A DNA stretch of 64,000 nt from Basidiobolus meristosporus CBS 931.73. Lineage: Eukaryota; Fungi; Basidiobolomycota. The position numbers and the translations under genes are program-made. Location of the stretch: contig MCFE01000065.1 in assembly GCA_002104905.1 (NCBI GenBank), positions 124,001-188,000 on the forward strand, given 5' to 3'. The notes below the pieces were generated by a model, which was given only the letters and a program-made list of their open reading frames with translations, had not been told where the DNA came from and made no database searches. Positions 40,534 through 52,265 of this stretch are shown here, one piece after another; position 1 is the first letter of the stretch, and each line of letters starts with the position of its first letter.

Positions 40534-41692
40534 ATGCGTTTTCCACTGTTTGGAAAATTCCTATTTCTTTGTCTTTTAATTTGTGTGCAAGGTGAGGAAA
40601 CTCGACACTCATAATATCCAAACCTTTTGACCAACCACGCCCTCGATATGTAGTTTCTGCTGTTCCAAATAACGCCACCACTTCCACCACATGTCCGCAA
40701 GGAACGCTTGATTGTGGGTTTTTCAAATGCGTTAAAGAACCAACTTGTCCCCTGGGTAATATGATAGCGTGCAATTATTTTTGTTATCTGGGATGGTTAC
40801 TAATTTGTTATGTAAAGACTGCTACTTATACACCAACGAACAGAGTTGTGGTCAAGTCCGCGTGAATGGGGTGGGCTGTATTTGGAAGCAGACAGCCTGC
40901 TATAGAGGTAGGCCTGGGTTATGACGAGTCAACGGAATACAAGTACTAATACAACACTCTACAGACATCAAGTGTAAACTACTTCCTGACAACAAATGCT
41001 CTCAGGACTGTATGGATTGTGGGCATTTTAAATGTTTCCCCAATGGTAGTGGGCAGTGCCCGGCAGGTACATCCCCATGGTTATATTCTTTACCTCATTA
41101 GAGTTTAACCCCATGACAATCATCCTAGGCTGTGACAGTTACCCTGACCAGAAGAGTTGTCAAGCTGCGACAGTCTTCAATGGTGTAGGGTGCCAGTGGG
41201 CCAATTCCACCTGCGGCTATCGTAAGTCCCGTTAACAATGAGAATTCAGCTTATGGATGGCTGTCTGACAATTTTTGTATTACAGGCGAGTTTGAAATCA
41301 GAATGGCAAAGCCATCTGCTGGTGACAACCATATTGGATTCATGCCTTCTGGTAATGTTGACACCGAACAAACCCCCAACCCCAACCCAATAGTTGCCAA
41401 TCCCACCGCCGGAGAGACGCCTACCATGATGGATGTCAAGACTGCCAGTTTGGCTGGCCCTATTGCTGGAGTTGTTGTTGGAGTCATTGCCGCCGGCTGC
41501 ATGGCCTTCGTACTAATTCATAAGCGTGTCGAAGCGAAGCGACAGATGAAGCAACAGATGGCGGTCCATAACGACATCGAGATGTCAGGCAACGAGGTGC
41601 CTAAAACTCTCTACAGGCCACAGTCTCTTTTAAATGTTGTTCGTAATGTTCTTGGATTTAATTCCGAAGGCCAAAATAACGCCTCCCGGTAG
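40534..41692 (+). CDS. Type I membrane protein with two tandem Cys-rich repeats, 6 exons, about 283 aa
   Basis: Signal peptide MRFPLFGKFLFLCLLICVQVSA, two DCG(F/H)FKC..CP..C..Y..SC..NGVGCxW..C repeats, TM segment AGPIAGVVVGVIAAGCMAFVLI and basic stop-transfer HKR. Introns 40592-40653, 40756-40817, 40908-40964, 41067-41128 and 41222-41285 all keep frame. Confidence 0.8.
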
Positions 41693-44113
41693 TTTGCTTG
41701 GTCCCACAGCTACGGACCAACTTGCTGAACTATCGAAATCATCAACCTATACCCAACCTCGTGCTCTATACCCTATTTTTGCTCCTCACTCGTTCATTGA
41801 GGAGTCGTAAGATTTTTATCTACCGTTCACATTTTTCTGCTAATCTATTCAACCACCAGTTTTGATTCATTCTTCATGCTACTATACGTTGGTAGCCATC
41901 GCTATTAAATTCTATACACGGTTGTAGAAATCTCAACAGAATATTCATCGATCATCCATTCTTTACATGAGACACCAGTGAAGTCATTTTTCTATCGGCA
42001 ATCACTCCCACAATCTACCTCCGGAATCAACCCAACCCCTAACGACGCCTAAAGTCCGTCACATCCGTTTTGTCTTTTGAAGCAGTCATTCGAAGGAACA
42101 CGGTAGGAAAAGAACCTTCCCTAATTATCAACCGATGTGTTCACCCAAAACACCCGCCCGCTCGTTACGCCTTTATTCTCTTTATCCACTTCTTTCCGTG
42201 TTCGTCTCGGGGATCTTTTCTTCCATTTTTCCCACTTCTTTTGCAACAATTCTTCGGTTTAATTTTGTTTGTCTAACATCTTCTGTGTGCTCTTTCCCTA
42301 GTATTTGTCCTGCTATACGCAAATTTTAACTCATGGAGGGGATTTGAGCACATCAATATCATGCAGTGGTTCCAAATGTTTCCATTCCACGCTGGAGTAA
42401 TAAAAACTAAACGCCAAATATCTGTGCGATGGTTCGGGAGCGCTCGACACCCTCCAGCTCATCTGGGACTGCTTCATAAACCCAATATGCAATGTACCAT
42501 TAATATTACCAATAAAGGAGGCGCCAGATCGGTTTTCGAGGAGCCCTCGAGCTGTCTAACATAATATCTCGCTTATAAAAATTTCCACATGGTGGCAATG
42601 TTGGTGCTGTGCCTAGAGTGTCCTCATCTAAAGCAAGATGTGACTGCTCCTAACCAACAATGGGGTGAAATAGATAGACCGAATGTCACATATCCATATC
42701 TTGTTCGTTTTGGCTTTTATTCAGCGATTATTACCTAATGCATCTCATCATTATCCGTAATAGGAACAATTGGGCCTAGTGATATGCCTCGCCCTAATCT
42801 ACACATGAATGGCTCTGATAGCATGCACTCATGGGAGACAGCTCCTTTCCACTTCCATAATGTCCACACTTGCTGAAGTGATGCCATGGAATTCGGATTC
42901 TCTGAAAGCCTCCTCAGCAGAAACATTAACCCAATTAGTCTGGGGTTGGGCAGGTGGTAAGTCCAACAGCCAAGCGATCACGAGGTCTGGCACCCCGAAG
43001 TGTTGGCAACACTTTTAATGGGATTCTTGTCAGACAGGAAAATATCCAGTATCAACGCGCCCTGTATTATGACCATTGAGTCCTTGTAACCAATTCGTGG
43101 TTATTTTGAGATCGCTTACACCAGTATCAGTCAACCTGAAATAAGCGTAAGCCTGTCATACGGCGAGGGGACATTAGGCTTACCTAGGGCGTATCCAAGT
43201 GTGTTCAATCGAGCTCGGTGAAAATGGTATTCAATTAACGTGGACATATGGTTATTGGGGAGTACCTCAAGAACTGCACCTGAATAGAACCAGCGAATGC
43301 GTCTTTGTGGAAACCCATCTCTCATCTGAGGTGAGCTTCCCAACCGAATGGCTTCAGTTTTCCAGATCATCCTCGCTAGTGTACAGACAATGCCAGTCAC
43401 AAGTAATCTATAAAGCAGCTATAATAGATTCTGGCCAACTCATCTGTATATGTAGATTGCAGACCGAGTCGTAATCTTTTTGGGCAGCCAATCGCTGTGC
43501 AAGTAAGAGGGTTACATTCAAATTTTCCTATCAATGGATGCTCCTGATGGCACTGACTTCCTTTCGAAGAGAAAACCAATGCTGACCCCAAGGGGGTTCT
43601 CGAATATCACCCTGAACCCCCTGAACATTCAACTCCAAGAGAAATTGTAAAGAGGCGACCGCAGCGTCTGAATAACCCCTCCTTGAGCGTGCTCACCCTC
43701 GGCGGACTTCAGGTCGCTCGAGAGAGGTATCACTGATACCGTGGCTATAGCACGAGTTAGCGATATTCAATAGATGACTGATCGTGTTTTGCTGAAAATA
43801 ATACCAAGCCAAATGGTCATCCAAACTTATGCTCGATGGTCGGCATATCTACTATTTGACAGTTATTGGGAAGGCTTCGCCCAGATGGTGCCTGATGCTG
43901 TATAGCATATGAGAAACTTTAATAAAAAAATAACAATACTCTAAATCAAGGTAATTCCACAGGGTGCAATAACATAAATTAAATATGAAGCGAAAAGGAT
44001 CAATCATGTTCTAGACCAGGGAAATTTAAGTGCCTGTGTGTGTAGCAGGTATAGCCACACACTTGAATATATCAAGTGATATAAGGGCTTTTGGCACATT
44101 ATAACTGTTGAGA

Positions 44114-45587
44114 TCAATAGTTCAGCAAGCTTCGAATTCCGGTTAGCTCGCTAGCCACCACCTTTTGAGCACACACATTGCAGCTCTTGGTACATTGGAA
44201 GTACATCTGAAGCTTGTTAGTTTTGCACAGACCATTCCGGGCAAGCCTATCACAATTGGGTCTGGAATCTCTACATGGACCTGGAATGAGGGTCAGCTCA
44301 AGATCAAACACAGCTGTGCAATAACCAGAGATATTTCATGACATCTTACCAATGTGGAGATCTGGCTGGTTGAAGCACGTCATTGTGCGAGAGTCCAGTT
44401 GAGGGACGCGAATACCTTCATACACTCGGTTCTTTCCGTCACGAAACACGTAGAGTTGACCGTCGAAGGTAGCCATCTCACAAGCCTGATGAACCCCAAG
44501 GGTGCAGGTCGGTTGCTTCATCTCAACACCATGTTCGTCAACACGATGGACATTGACGACATGCTTACAATTGTTTATGACTCTCCAATTGACAGTACGC
44601 TGGTTAGGTCCAGGAGGGATGGATCTTGGGCCTGAGAAGAACATTAGTGCGGGCCGCGGTAGGGATGGGTCGGTTCCTCTTACCGCGCCATTCGTTTGGG
44701 AGATTCCACATTTTCCTCATGAAGTTGTACGTGTAAGGATCCAGCTGGCGCATTTTCCAGCCATTACTGGGTAGGAAATCGCTTATTCCAAAGAAAGTCT
44801 CGCTCATCACCCCAAAAAACTCGTTCTGGTTGGTGAGTGCGTAGGCTCGTTCACGGCCGTATCGGTTTTCGACAGTCTCGCATGCGGGTGGCTGGCAGTT
44901 ATCCCAGATCATCATCGCCCTTCGTTGAGCGTTCTGGTAGTAGTCGGTTCTTCCCAAACGGAAGAGCCATTCGCGAAAGTACTCGGTGACCTGCTGCTTC
45001 ACCTCTGGATTCAGGCCCATGTAGGCGTGTGCCAGCTCGTGAAGAAGCAGAAATGGTTGGTTGTAGTTACACTTATCATTTAGCAGCGCTTCTGGAGTTA
45101 AAATCACCGCACCTGCCTTGTCAGGATTCAGTCCATGTAGTTTCAAAAATCCGCGATTGGGATTCTTTTCGGGTTTGTACCACTTTCCGCAGGTTCGGCA
45201 ATCATGGTGATCTGGATCAATCCATATCTGGATACCGCATGCTGTCAGCAACCATGCAAAAGAGAGTGAATTTCCATTACTTACGGGTACTTGTTGCGCC
45301 AGTCCTTGTTCGTACCACGGAATCCCAAGGCGCAGATACTGCTCCAGTTTGTAGCGAAGGACTGGGATCGTTTCGTTTCTAACGGCGCGGTGCTTATAAA
45401 TGTGCCACCCAGCGACGTTCATCTGGATGTAATCTGAGGTTGGGGGATACCTGCTACATATTAAATTGTTTGTTAGGTAGGGTTCGTTACGGTGGACATT
45501 CTCTAAGTTCACCTACGCGTCAATTATCTCTATATGTAGCAAAGTGAAGAGGAGGGAAAGAATTTGGGTCGATCTGGATAGTAACAT
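44114..45587 (-). CDS. Secreted zinc metallopeptidase (HExxH+E, MtfA/M90/lethal-factor-like) with VHL-beta-like and ShK domains, 5 exons, 409 aa
   Basis: Signal MLLSRSTQILSLLFTLLHIEIIDA, LLHELAHAY (45027-45041), YALTNQNEFFGVMSETFFG..DF, a VHL-like exon (44350-44631) and a six-Cys ShK domain (44171-44275). Introns 45451-45516, 45228-45284, 44632-44683 and 44281-44349 leave exons summing to an exact 1230-nt frame. Confidence 0.85.
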
Positions 45588-46541
45588 TTTGCCGAGGATT
45601 GGCGCTCAGGCGAGAACTTCTTAGGAATGTGTTGTTGTGTATGGGACTGGTCGGAGAGTGGAGTTTTTATAACAAGGGATGACTATAATCGATCGCTCAA
45701 CAATGTAATGCGAGGCCAGCTCCAAACCGCTTGAAAGACCTTCGTTTGAAAATCCGCGGGTTTACAGAACAAACGTGCATTGATGCCGGGAATCCGAACA
45801 AAAGAGATAGAATACTAGAGTGAAATCAGATATGCTCCTATTCATTTGATTACAATTCAATCATGTACAAGTTAGTTCCTAATGTAAAGGCGGAAATAGG
45901 GATTTAAGCATCTTCCGGATTGCATATGCTCCAGTAAGTCGTATTTCGTGATTAATGTCAAGAGATCTGGCAATACTACATCTGCAGTTTAAAGTAACGT
46001 GTGCACAGCCGCTTTACGACAAGGGTGCTTGATAAACCGAGTCTGTCCACTTGTCCACCTTTATTCCATAACAATTACATCGTAAATGTCCGCCTTTGAA
46101 TGGCCATTGCCCACTTCATGTTTATGCGCCATGCAGGTCGAAAAAAAGGATAGCCGTACGTTGGATACTTACAAAAGAGATGCTGGGTATACTATTTCTA
46201 AGAATGTAGTAACTGATAAGATATTACGGAATACTTACCATTAGACAAACTCTTCGCCAAATCGGGTTAATTGGACTTCAAAACTTCATAAAAATCACCA
46301 ACGGTAGCTTACCGCATTAATAGCTTTGATACCCTTCTTATTTCTTATCCTGAGTTGATACTTCCATTCCAGCAACTCACCACTGCTTTAAACCCAATGG
46401 GCCATGATATCGTGGTATAAATAAAAAAGAGATGATTTAATTCGACTGACCATTATACGTGCTTTTATTTATAGTGAATGAAATGGATCAAAAGATGGAG
46501 TGCAATGTTCAAAACCAAATACGATTCAAAATGCGTGTGGA

Positions 46542-47993
46542 TTAAGCCTTGGAGGCAGCAGCCTTGAGACCGGCTTCAATGCGACGACCATACTCACCAT
46601 CAGCGCGCTTGAAGTGCTCGACCTGACGAGCTTGGATCTCCTTCTTGGCATTCTTCAAGTGGCCGACAATGTTGGAGATGAGGCGGTCCTTCTGGTCCTT
46701 GGGCATCAAGCGGTACAAGTTACCGGCCTGGACAAAGTCGTCGTCGGTGAGACTGTAGGTGTGACGGCCAACTGCGCCAACAACCTCCTGGACAGAGTAG
46801 GTGGAGGCTGGGATGTTGGTTTGCTTGGGTCCGGCGTGGCTGTTGGGCTCGTAGTTGGGCTGGGATCCGTAGTTACCATTGACGGTCATGGGTCCATCAC
46901 GTTGTTGGTTGGCAACGCGGCTGTTGTAGGCCTGGTTGATGGGGATCTGAGCATAGTTGGCTCCCAAACGATGACGGTGGGTGTCGGGGTAGGAGAAGAG
47001 ACGGCCTTGCAACATGCGATCGTAGGAGACATCAATACCGGGAACAGTGTGGGATGGGGAGAAGGCAGCTTGCTCGGTCTCGGCAAAGTAGTTGTCGGGA
47101 TTGCGGTTCAACACGAGCTTGCCAACGGGCTGGAGTGGGTAGTCCTTGTGTGGCCACACCTTGGTGACATCAAAGATGTTCCAGCGGTACTTCTCCGCAT
47201 CCTCGGGGTTCATCACCTGGACATACACACTCCATGAGGGGTAGTCACCCTTGGCGATGGCATTGTACAAGTCGCGGGTGGCGTAGTCAGGATCTTGACC
47301 AGCGAGCTTGCCAGCCTCCTCAGCGGTGAAGTTCTTGATGCCTTGGTCGCTCTTGAAGTGCCACTTGACGTACTTGAACTTGCCCTCGTCATCGACAAGC
47401 TTCAGGGTGTGGGAGCTGTATCCGTTCAAGAAACGGTAGCCATCGGGGGTACCACGGTCAGAGAACAAGATGGTCACTTGGTGGATGGTCTCGGGCACGA
47501 GGGAGATGAAGTCCCAGAACATATCAGCATCAGGGCAGTTGGTGGCGGGGTTTCTCTTCTGGGTGTGGATGAAGTCGGGGAACTTGATGGGGTCACGGAT
47601 GAAGAAGACGGGGGTGTTGTTACCAACCATGTCCCAGTTACCCTCCTCGGTGTAGAACTTCACAGCGAAACCACGGGGGTCTCTAGCGGTATCGGCCGAC
47701 CCCTTCTCACCACCAACAGTGGAGAAACGAAGGAAGGTGGGTGTGCGCTTGCCGATTCTGTTCAAGAACTTCGCCTTGGTGATAGAGGTCAAGTCGTGGG
47801 TCACCTCGAAGTAACCATGGGCACCGGCTCCCTTGGCGTGAACAACTCTCTCGGGGATGCGCTCACGATCAAAGTGAGAGAGTTTGTCGATGAGGTGGAA
47901 GTCTTGAAGAAGGATAGGACCATTGGGACCGGCAGTAATGGAGGTCTGGTTGTTCTCAACTGGATTTCCGTTGGTAGTGGTCAAGTTGGACAT
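46542..47993 (-). CDS. CAT: Monofunctional small-subunit heme catalase, copy 1, intronless, 483 aa
   Basis: [15 protein letters not shown] (distal His), DMVGNN (Asn) and [12 protein letters not shown] (proximal Tyr). Confidence 0.98.
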   Translation of the reverse strand: MSNLTTTNGNPVENNQTSITAGPNGPILLQDFHLIDKLSHFDRERIPERVVHAKGAGAHGYFEVTHDLTSITKAKFLNRIGKRTPTFLRFSTVGGEKGSADTARDPRGFAVKFYTEEGNWDMVGNNTPVFFIRDPIKFPDFIHTQKRNPATNCPDADMFWDFISLVPETIHQVTILFSDRGTPDGYRFLNGYSSHTLKLVDDEGKFKYVKWHFKSDQGIKNFTAEEAGKLAGQDPDYATRDLYNAIAKGDYPSWSVYVQVMNPEDAEKYRWNIFDVTKVWPHKDYPLQPVGKLVLNRNPDNYFAETEQAAFSPSHTVPGIDVSYDRMLQGRLFSYPDTHRHRLGANYAQIPINQAYNSRVANQQRDGPMTVNGNYGSQPNYEPNSHAGPKQTNIPASTYSVQEVVGAVGRHTYSLTDDDFVQAGNLYRLMPKDQKDRLISNIVGHLKNAKKEIQARQVEHFKRADGEYGRRIEAGLKAAASKA

Positions 47994-49091
47994 GGTCAAT
48001 GAAGTATAAATTTACAAAGATAAAAACTCCCGGCCAGTTGCCTCGGTCTATATACCCATCATAGCCCTGATAATCCCATTGTTAATCAATAGTAGCAATC
48101 TTCCTATCACTTGGGTTTGTACACATAATAAACCCACTTCCCAATTTGGTACCATGTCTTGAAATAGATCATCTGGTTCGCTACCATATTAAAGCTTACT
48201 AATGGGACGAGCCGACAGCAGAACTGTATCATTTTTTAACACATGCTTCAACAAAATTTCGATCTAATTTCACTGATAGAACTGTGGAGAGGGCGCGATG
48301 CATGCGAGATTCATTGCGGGATTCCGTGAAATACGCCTCAATTGACATTGTCATCGTCTACCCCAGAATCAATCAATCACTCACCCTAACCCTATGTTTC
48401 ATCTAGGGCCTATTACTGTCAAGTAAATGTATCATGGTTGTAAATGGAGGTCACGATAATCTTCAATGGAATGGCTTACACTATCTTGGTCTAGAATCAA
48501 ATGTAGCACTCGTGTAGCTACGCAACTACGAGTCTTGTCAATTTGTATATAAATTTCTAGATCCAGATATGATAATCATCAAGGTATTTTACAATAGCCT
48601 TTGATTGGTTATGTATGTTTCTTCCCCACTCGGCTACCCTCTTGCATGCACCCATCATCAATTCTGCGGCTTCGGATTAATGTCCAATCTTGATACTCTG
48701 GATAAAAGAATGGGGAAAGAGAATCTAATGGAGGTGAAAGTTGATGCATCAGTTTGGCATTTGTAATCAGTGCATGATGATGAAGAGCTTAGCAGCCTGA
48801 AGCTAGGTCATAAAAATCTCCTTTGACAACACCAGTTCTAGAATCATAGGGTGGATTGGATAATGTACATAGAAGGATGTCGAAGTCCATTAATCCATTG
48901 CCTTCCTGGCTGGCGCTTTTTGGGATGGAATAGCCTAGGATTAGTTAAACAACAGATGGCTTGGGAATATTGGGAATTATGCAGTCGTATTTGGTAATTA
49001 TGGAAAATATCTTCTGGGCAAATCCAAAATGCGCAAATTATTTTACAATTATTTGAGCAGTAATCTTTGCGTTGCTTGACCATCAGCTTCA

Positions 49092-50616
49092 ATGACAGTA
49101 CGTAAACCCAAGGTTATATCTTTACTTCCCTCGGCCACCGAGATTATCGGTCTCATACCAGGTATAAACCCTTCTTACGAATTTGTTGATCTTTCTTCCG
49201 AACATTGCAATCCTAGGTGGCGCTGAGCTCCTAGTTGGACGAAGCCATGAGGGTAAGTTTGGCATTTATCTGTTCACCAAAATATATTCTGACTCAAGTG
49301 CCCTGTTTTACCAGACGATTATCCTGAGTAGGAAAATATCCTTCTATCTCTCAAAATTCACCTCTAATGCGTTACGCGTACTATACAGGTCAATTCTTGA
49401 CAGACCATATTTAACTGCTCAAAAGACTACTTTTACGGTATGCTCTAGTGCCCCTGACGCATGATAATATTCGTGTATAAGACTAACATACACATCTACG
49501 AATTTAGGACCCAGCCGATGTTGACCGACAGGTATCAGAAACCCTAGCTGCAGGACAAAGCCTGTATACATTAAATGTGGATCTGATAAAGAAACTCCAG
49601 CCAGAAGTTATCTTGACCCAGGTTGCCTTATGGTTCATAAATTCCTCATTGAACTGTGTATTTAAATATCTATTCTTCCACTAGTCACTTTGTAAGGTTT
49701 GTGCTATCGATCTGATTTCAGTTGAGAGAGTGGCAGCCTCTATGTCTCCTCAGCCACAGATCGTGGACCTGAATCCAAACAGCTTGGGAGACGTACTTGA
49801 AAATATTACTAGCGTTGGCAAAGCAGTTGGTTTAGAGGAAGAGTCCAGATTACTACAAGGCCAATTAAGGAGTAGAATCGAAAGAATTGAAAGACTGGTG
49901 AAGGACAAAGCCGACTTCGTCAAACCCAAATGTTTAATGATGGAATGGCCCGAGCCGGTATGTGACATATTCTGTGTAATAATCCAATGCTTATTAACTC
50001 ATGAAAAATAACTGCATATACTAGATCTACGCTGCCGGCCATTGGTATGTGATTTAGGAGTATGATTTATGGCACGCATACCAGCTTAGTAATATTATTC
50101 ATATCACGTTAGGACTCCACAAATCATAGAAATGGGTAGGTCACTTAATATGCACTCCTTCACATGGGCTTGGTTTTAATGTTTACCTCACAGCTGGTGG
50201 ATTGCATCCTCTAAACCCTTGCATTAAAACAAACGAAAGAGGAGAGAAAATTGCAAAGTACGGGAAACCAGTCACTCCTGAATCTGTGGTGGAACTGCAA
50301 CCGGATATTATTATTATTGCCCCATGTGGCTTGGACTTGGTAGAATCCGAGAAACAGACCAAGATAATATCCGAAAAGCCTTGGTGGAAGGAAGCCACCA
50401 AAAACACCAAGAAAGTTTACTTGGTGGACGGATCACACGTAAGTAAATTTAGAACCGTACCCCATCAGAAGGGAGCTAACTTAGTATGTAATCCTATAGA
50501 TGTTTAATCGACCTGGCCCCAGACTTGTCGATGCTCTTGAGTTCTGTGCCGGAGTTATTCTTGATCAACCAGAATTAATTCCTGAAGGATTTCCAGTAAA
50601 GGAATGGAAATTATAA
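49092..50616 (+). CDS. BtuF/TroA-like (periplasmic binding protein type 2, cobalamin/heme/siderophore superfamily) protein without signal peptide, 10 exons
   Basis: Spliced product KVISLLPSATEII..LVGRSHE..LQPEVILTQSLCKVCAI..LNPNSLGDVLENI..MEWPEPIYAAGHWTPQIIEMAGG..QPDIIIIAPCG..VDGSHMFNRPGPRLVDALE. All nine GT-AG introns keep frame. Confidence 0.85.
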
Positions 50617-50813
50617 ATCATTTTTTCCTTAATAAACAATTCGACCTTGGTCTGAAATCAATTATCATAATCATTATATACGCTCCGAATTTTGAACTTT
50701 CCTTTAATGATTATGATGGGTAATATATGAATAATGTTGTTTTCTTTTTTAGTAAACCATGTTACACGTATATCACATGCGGTACGGCCCATGCAGTTAT
50801 AGACAAAATGTAC

Positions 50814-52265
50814 TTAGGCCTTAGAAGCAGCGGCCTTGAGACCGGCTTCAATGCGACGACCATACTCACCATCAGCGCGCTTGAAGTGCTCGACCTGACG
50901 AGCTTGGATCTCCTTCTTGGCATTCTTCAAGTGGCCAACAATGTTGGAGATGAGGCGGTCCTTCTGGTCCTTGGGCATCAAGCGGTACAAGTTACCGGCC
51001 TGGACAAAGTCGTCGTCGGTGAGACTGTAGGTGTGACGGCCAACTGCACCAATAACCTCCTGGACAGAGTAGGTGGAGGCTGGGATGTTGGTTTGCTTGG
51101 GTCCGGCGTGGCTGTTGGGCTCGTAGTTGGGCTGGGATCCGTAGTTACCATTGACGGTCATGGGTCCATCACGTTGTTGGTTGGCAACGCGGCTGTTGTA
51201 GGCCTGGTTGATGGGGATCTGAGCATAGTTGGCTCCCAAACGATGACGGTGGGTGTCGGGGTAGGAGAAGAGACGGCCTTGCAACATACGATCGTAGGAG
51301 ACATCAATACCGGGAACAGTGTGGGATGGGGAGAAGGCAGCTTGCTCGGTCTCGGCAAAGTAGTTGTCGGGATTGCGGTTCAACACGAGCTTGCCAACGG
51401 GCTGGAGTGGGTAGTCCTTGTGTGGCCACACCTTGGTGACATCAAAGATGTTCCAGCGGTACTTCTCCGCATCCTCGGGGTTCATCACCTGGACATACAC
51501 ACTCCATGAGGGGTAGTCACCCTTGGCGATGGCATTGTACAAGTCGCGGGTGGCGTAGTCAGGATCTTGACCAGCGAGCTTGCCAGCCTCCTCAGCGGTG
51601 AAGTTCTTGATGCCTTGGTCGCTCTTGAAGTGCCACTTGACGTACTTGAACTTGCCCTCGTCATCGACAAGCTTCAGGGTGTGGGAGCTGTATCCGTTCA
51701 AGAAACGGTAGCCATCGGGGGTACCACGGTCAGAGAACAAGATGGTCACTTGGTGGATGGTCTCGGGCACGAGGGAGATGAAGTCCCAGAACATATCAGC
51801 ATCAGGGCAGTTGGTGGCGGGGTTTCTTTTCTGGGTGTGGATGAAGTCGGGGAACTTGATGGGGTCACGGATGAAGAAGACGGGGGTGTTGTTACCAACC
51901 ATGTCCCAGTTACCCTCCTCGGTGTAGAACTTCACAGCGAAACCACGGGGGTCTCTGGCGGTATCGGCCGACCCCTTCTCACCACCAACAGTGGAGAAAC
52001 GAAGGAAGGTGGGTGTGCGCTTGCCGATTCTGTTCAAGAACTTCGCCTTGGTGATAGAGGTCAAGTCGTGGGTCACCTCGAAGTAACCATGGGCACCGGC
52101 TCCCTTGGCGTGAACAACTCTCTCGGGGATGCGCTCACGATCAAAGTGAGAGAGTTTGTCGATGAGGTGGAAGTCTTGAAGAAGGATAGGACCATTGGGA
52201 CCGGCAGTAATGGAGGTCTGGTTGTTCTCAACTGGGTTTCCGTTGGTGGTGGTCAAGTTGGACAT
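50814..52265 (-). CDS. CAT: Catalase copy 2, intronless, 483 aa
   Basis: Same motifs as copy 1. The protein differs from copy 1 only at QEVIG versus QEVVG. Confidence 0.98.
   Translation of the reverse strand: MSNLTTTNGNPVENNQTSITAGPNGPILLQDFHLIDKLSHFDRERIPERVVHAKGAGAHGYFEVTHDLTSITKAKFLNRIGKRTPTFLRFSTVGGEKGSADTARDPRGFAVKFYTEEGNWDMVGNNTPVFFIRDPIKFPDFIHTQKRNPATNCPDADMFWDFISLVPETIHQVTILFSDRGTPDGYRFLNGYSSHTLKLVDDEGKFKYVKWHFKSDQGIKNFTAEEAGKLAGQDPDYATRDLYNAIAKGDYPSWSVYVQVMNPEDAEKYRWNIFDVTKVWPHKDYPLQPVGKLVLNRNPDNYFAETEQAAFSPSHTVPGIDVSYDRMLQGRLFSYPDTHRHRLGANYAQIPINQAYNSRVANQQRDGPMTVNGNYGSQPNYEPNSHAGPKQTNIPASTYSVQEVIGAVGRHTYSLTDDDFVQAGNLYRLMPKDQKDRLISNIVGHLKNAKKEIQARQVEHFKRADGEYGRRIEAGLKAAASKA

Noticed and set aside
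42735-43600. Cluster of short minus-strand ORFs with some Cys pairs
   Set aside because: Multiple stops and no identifiable family.
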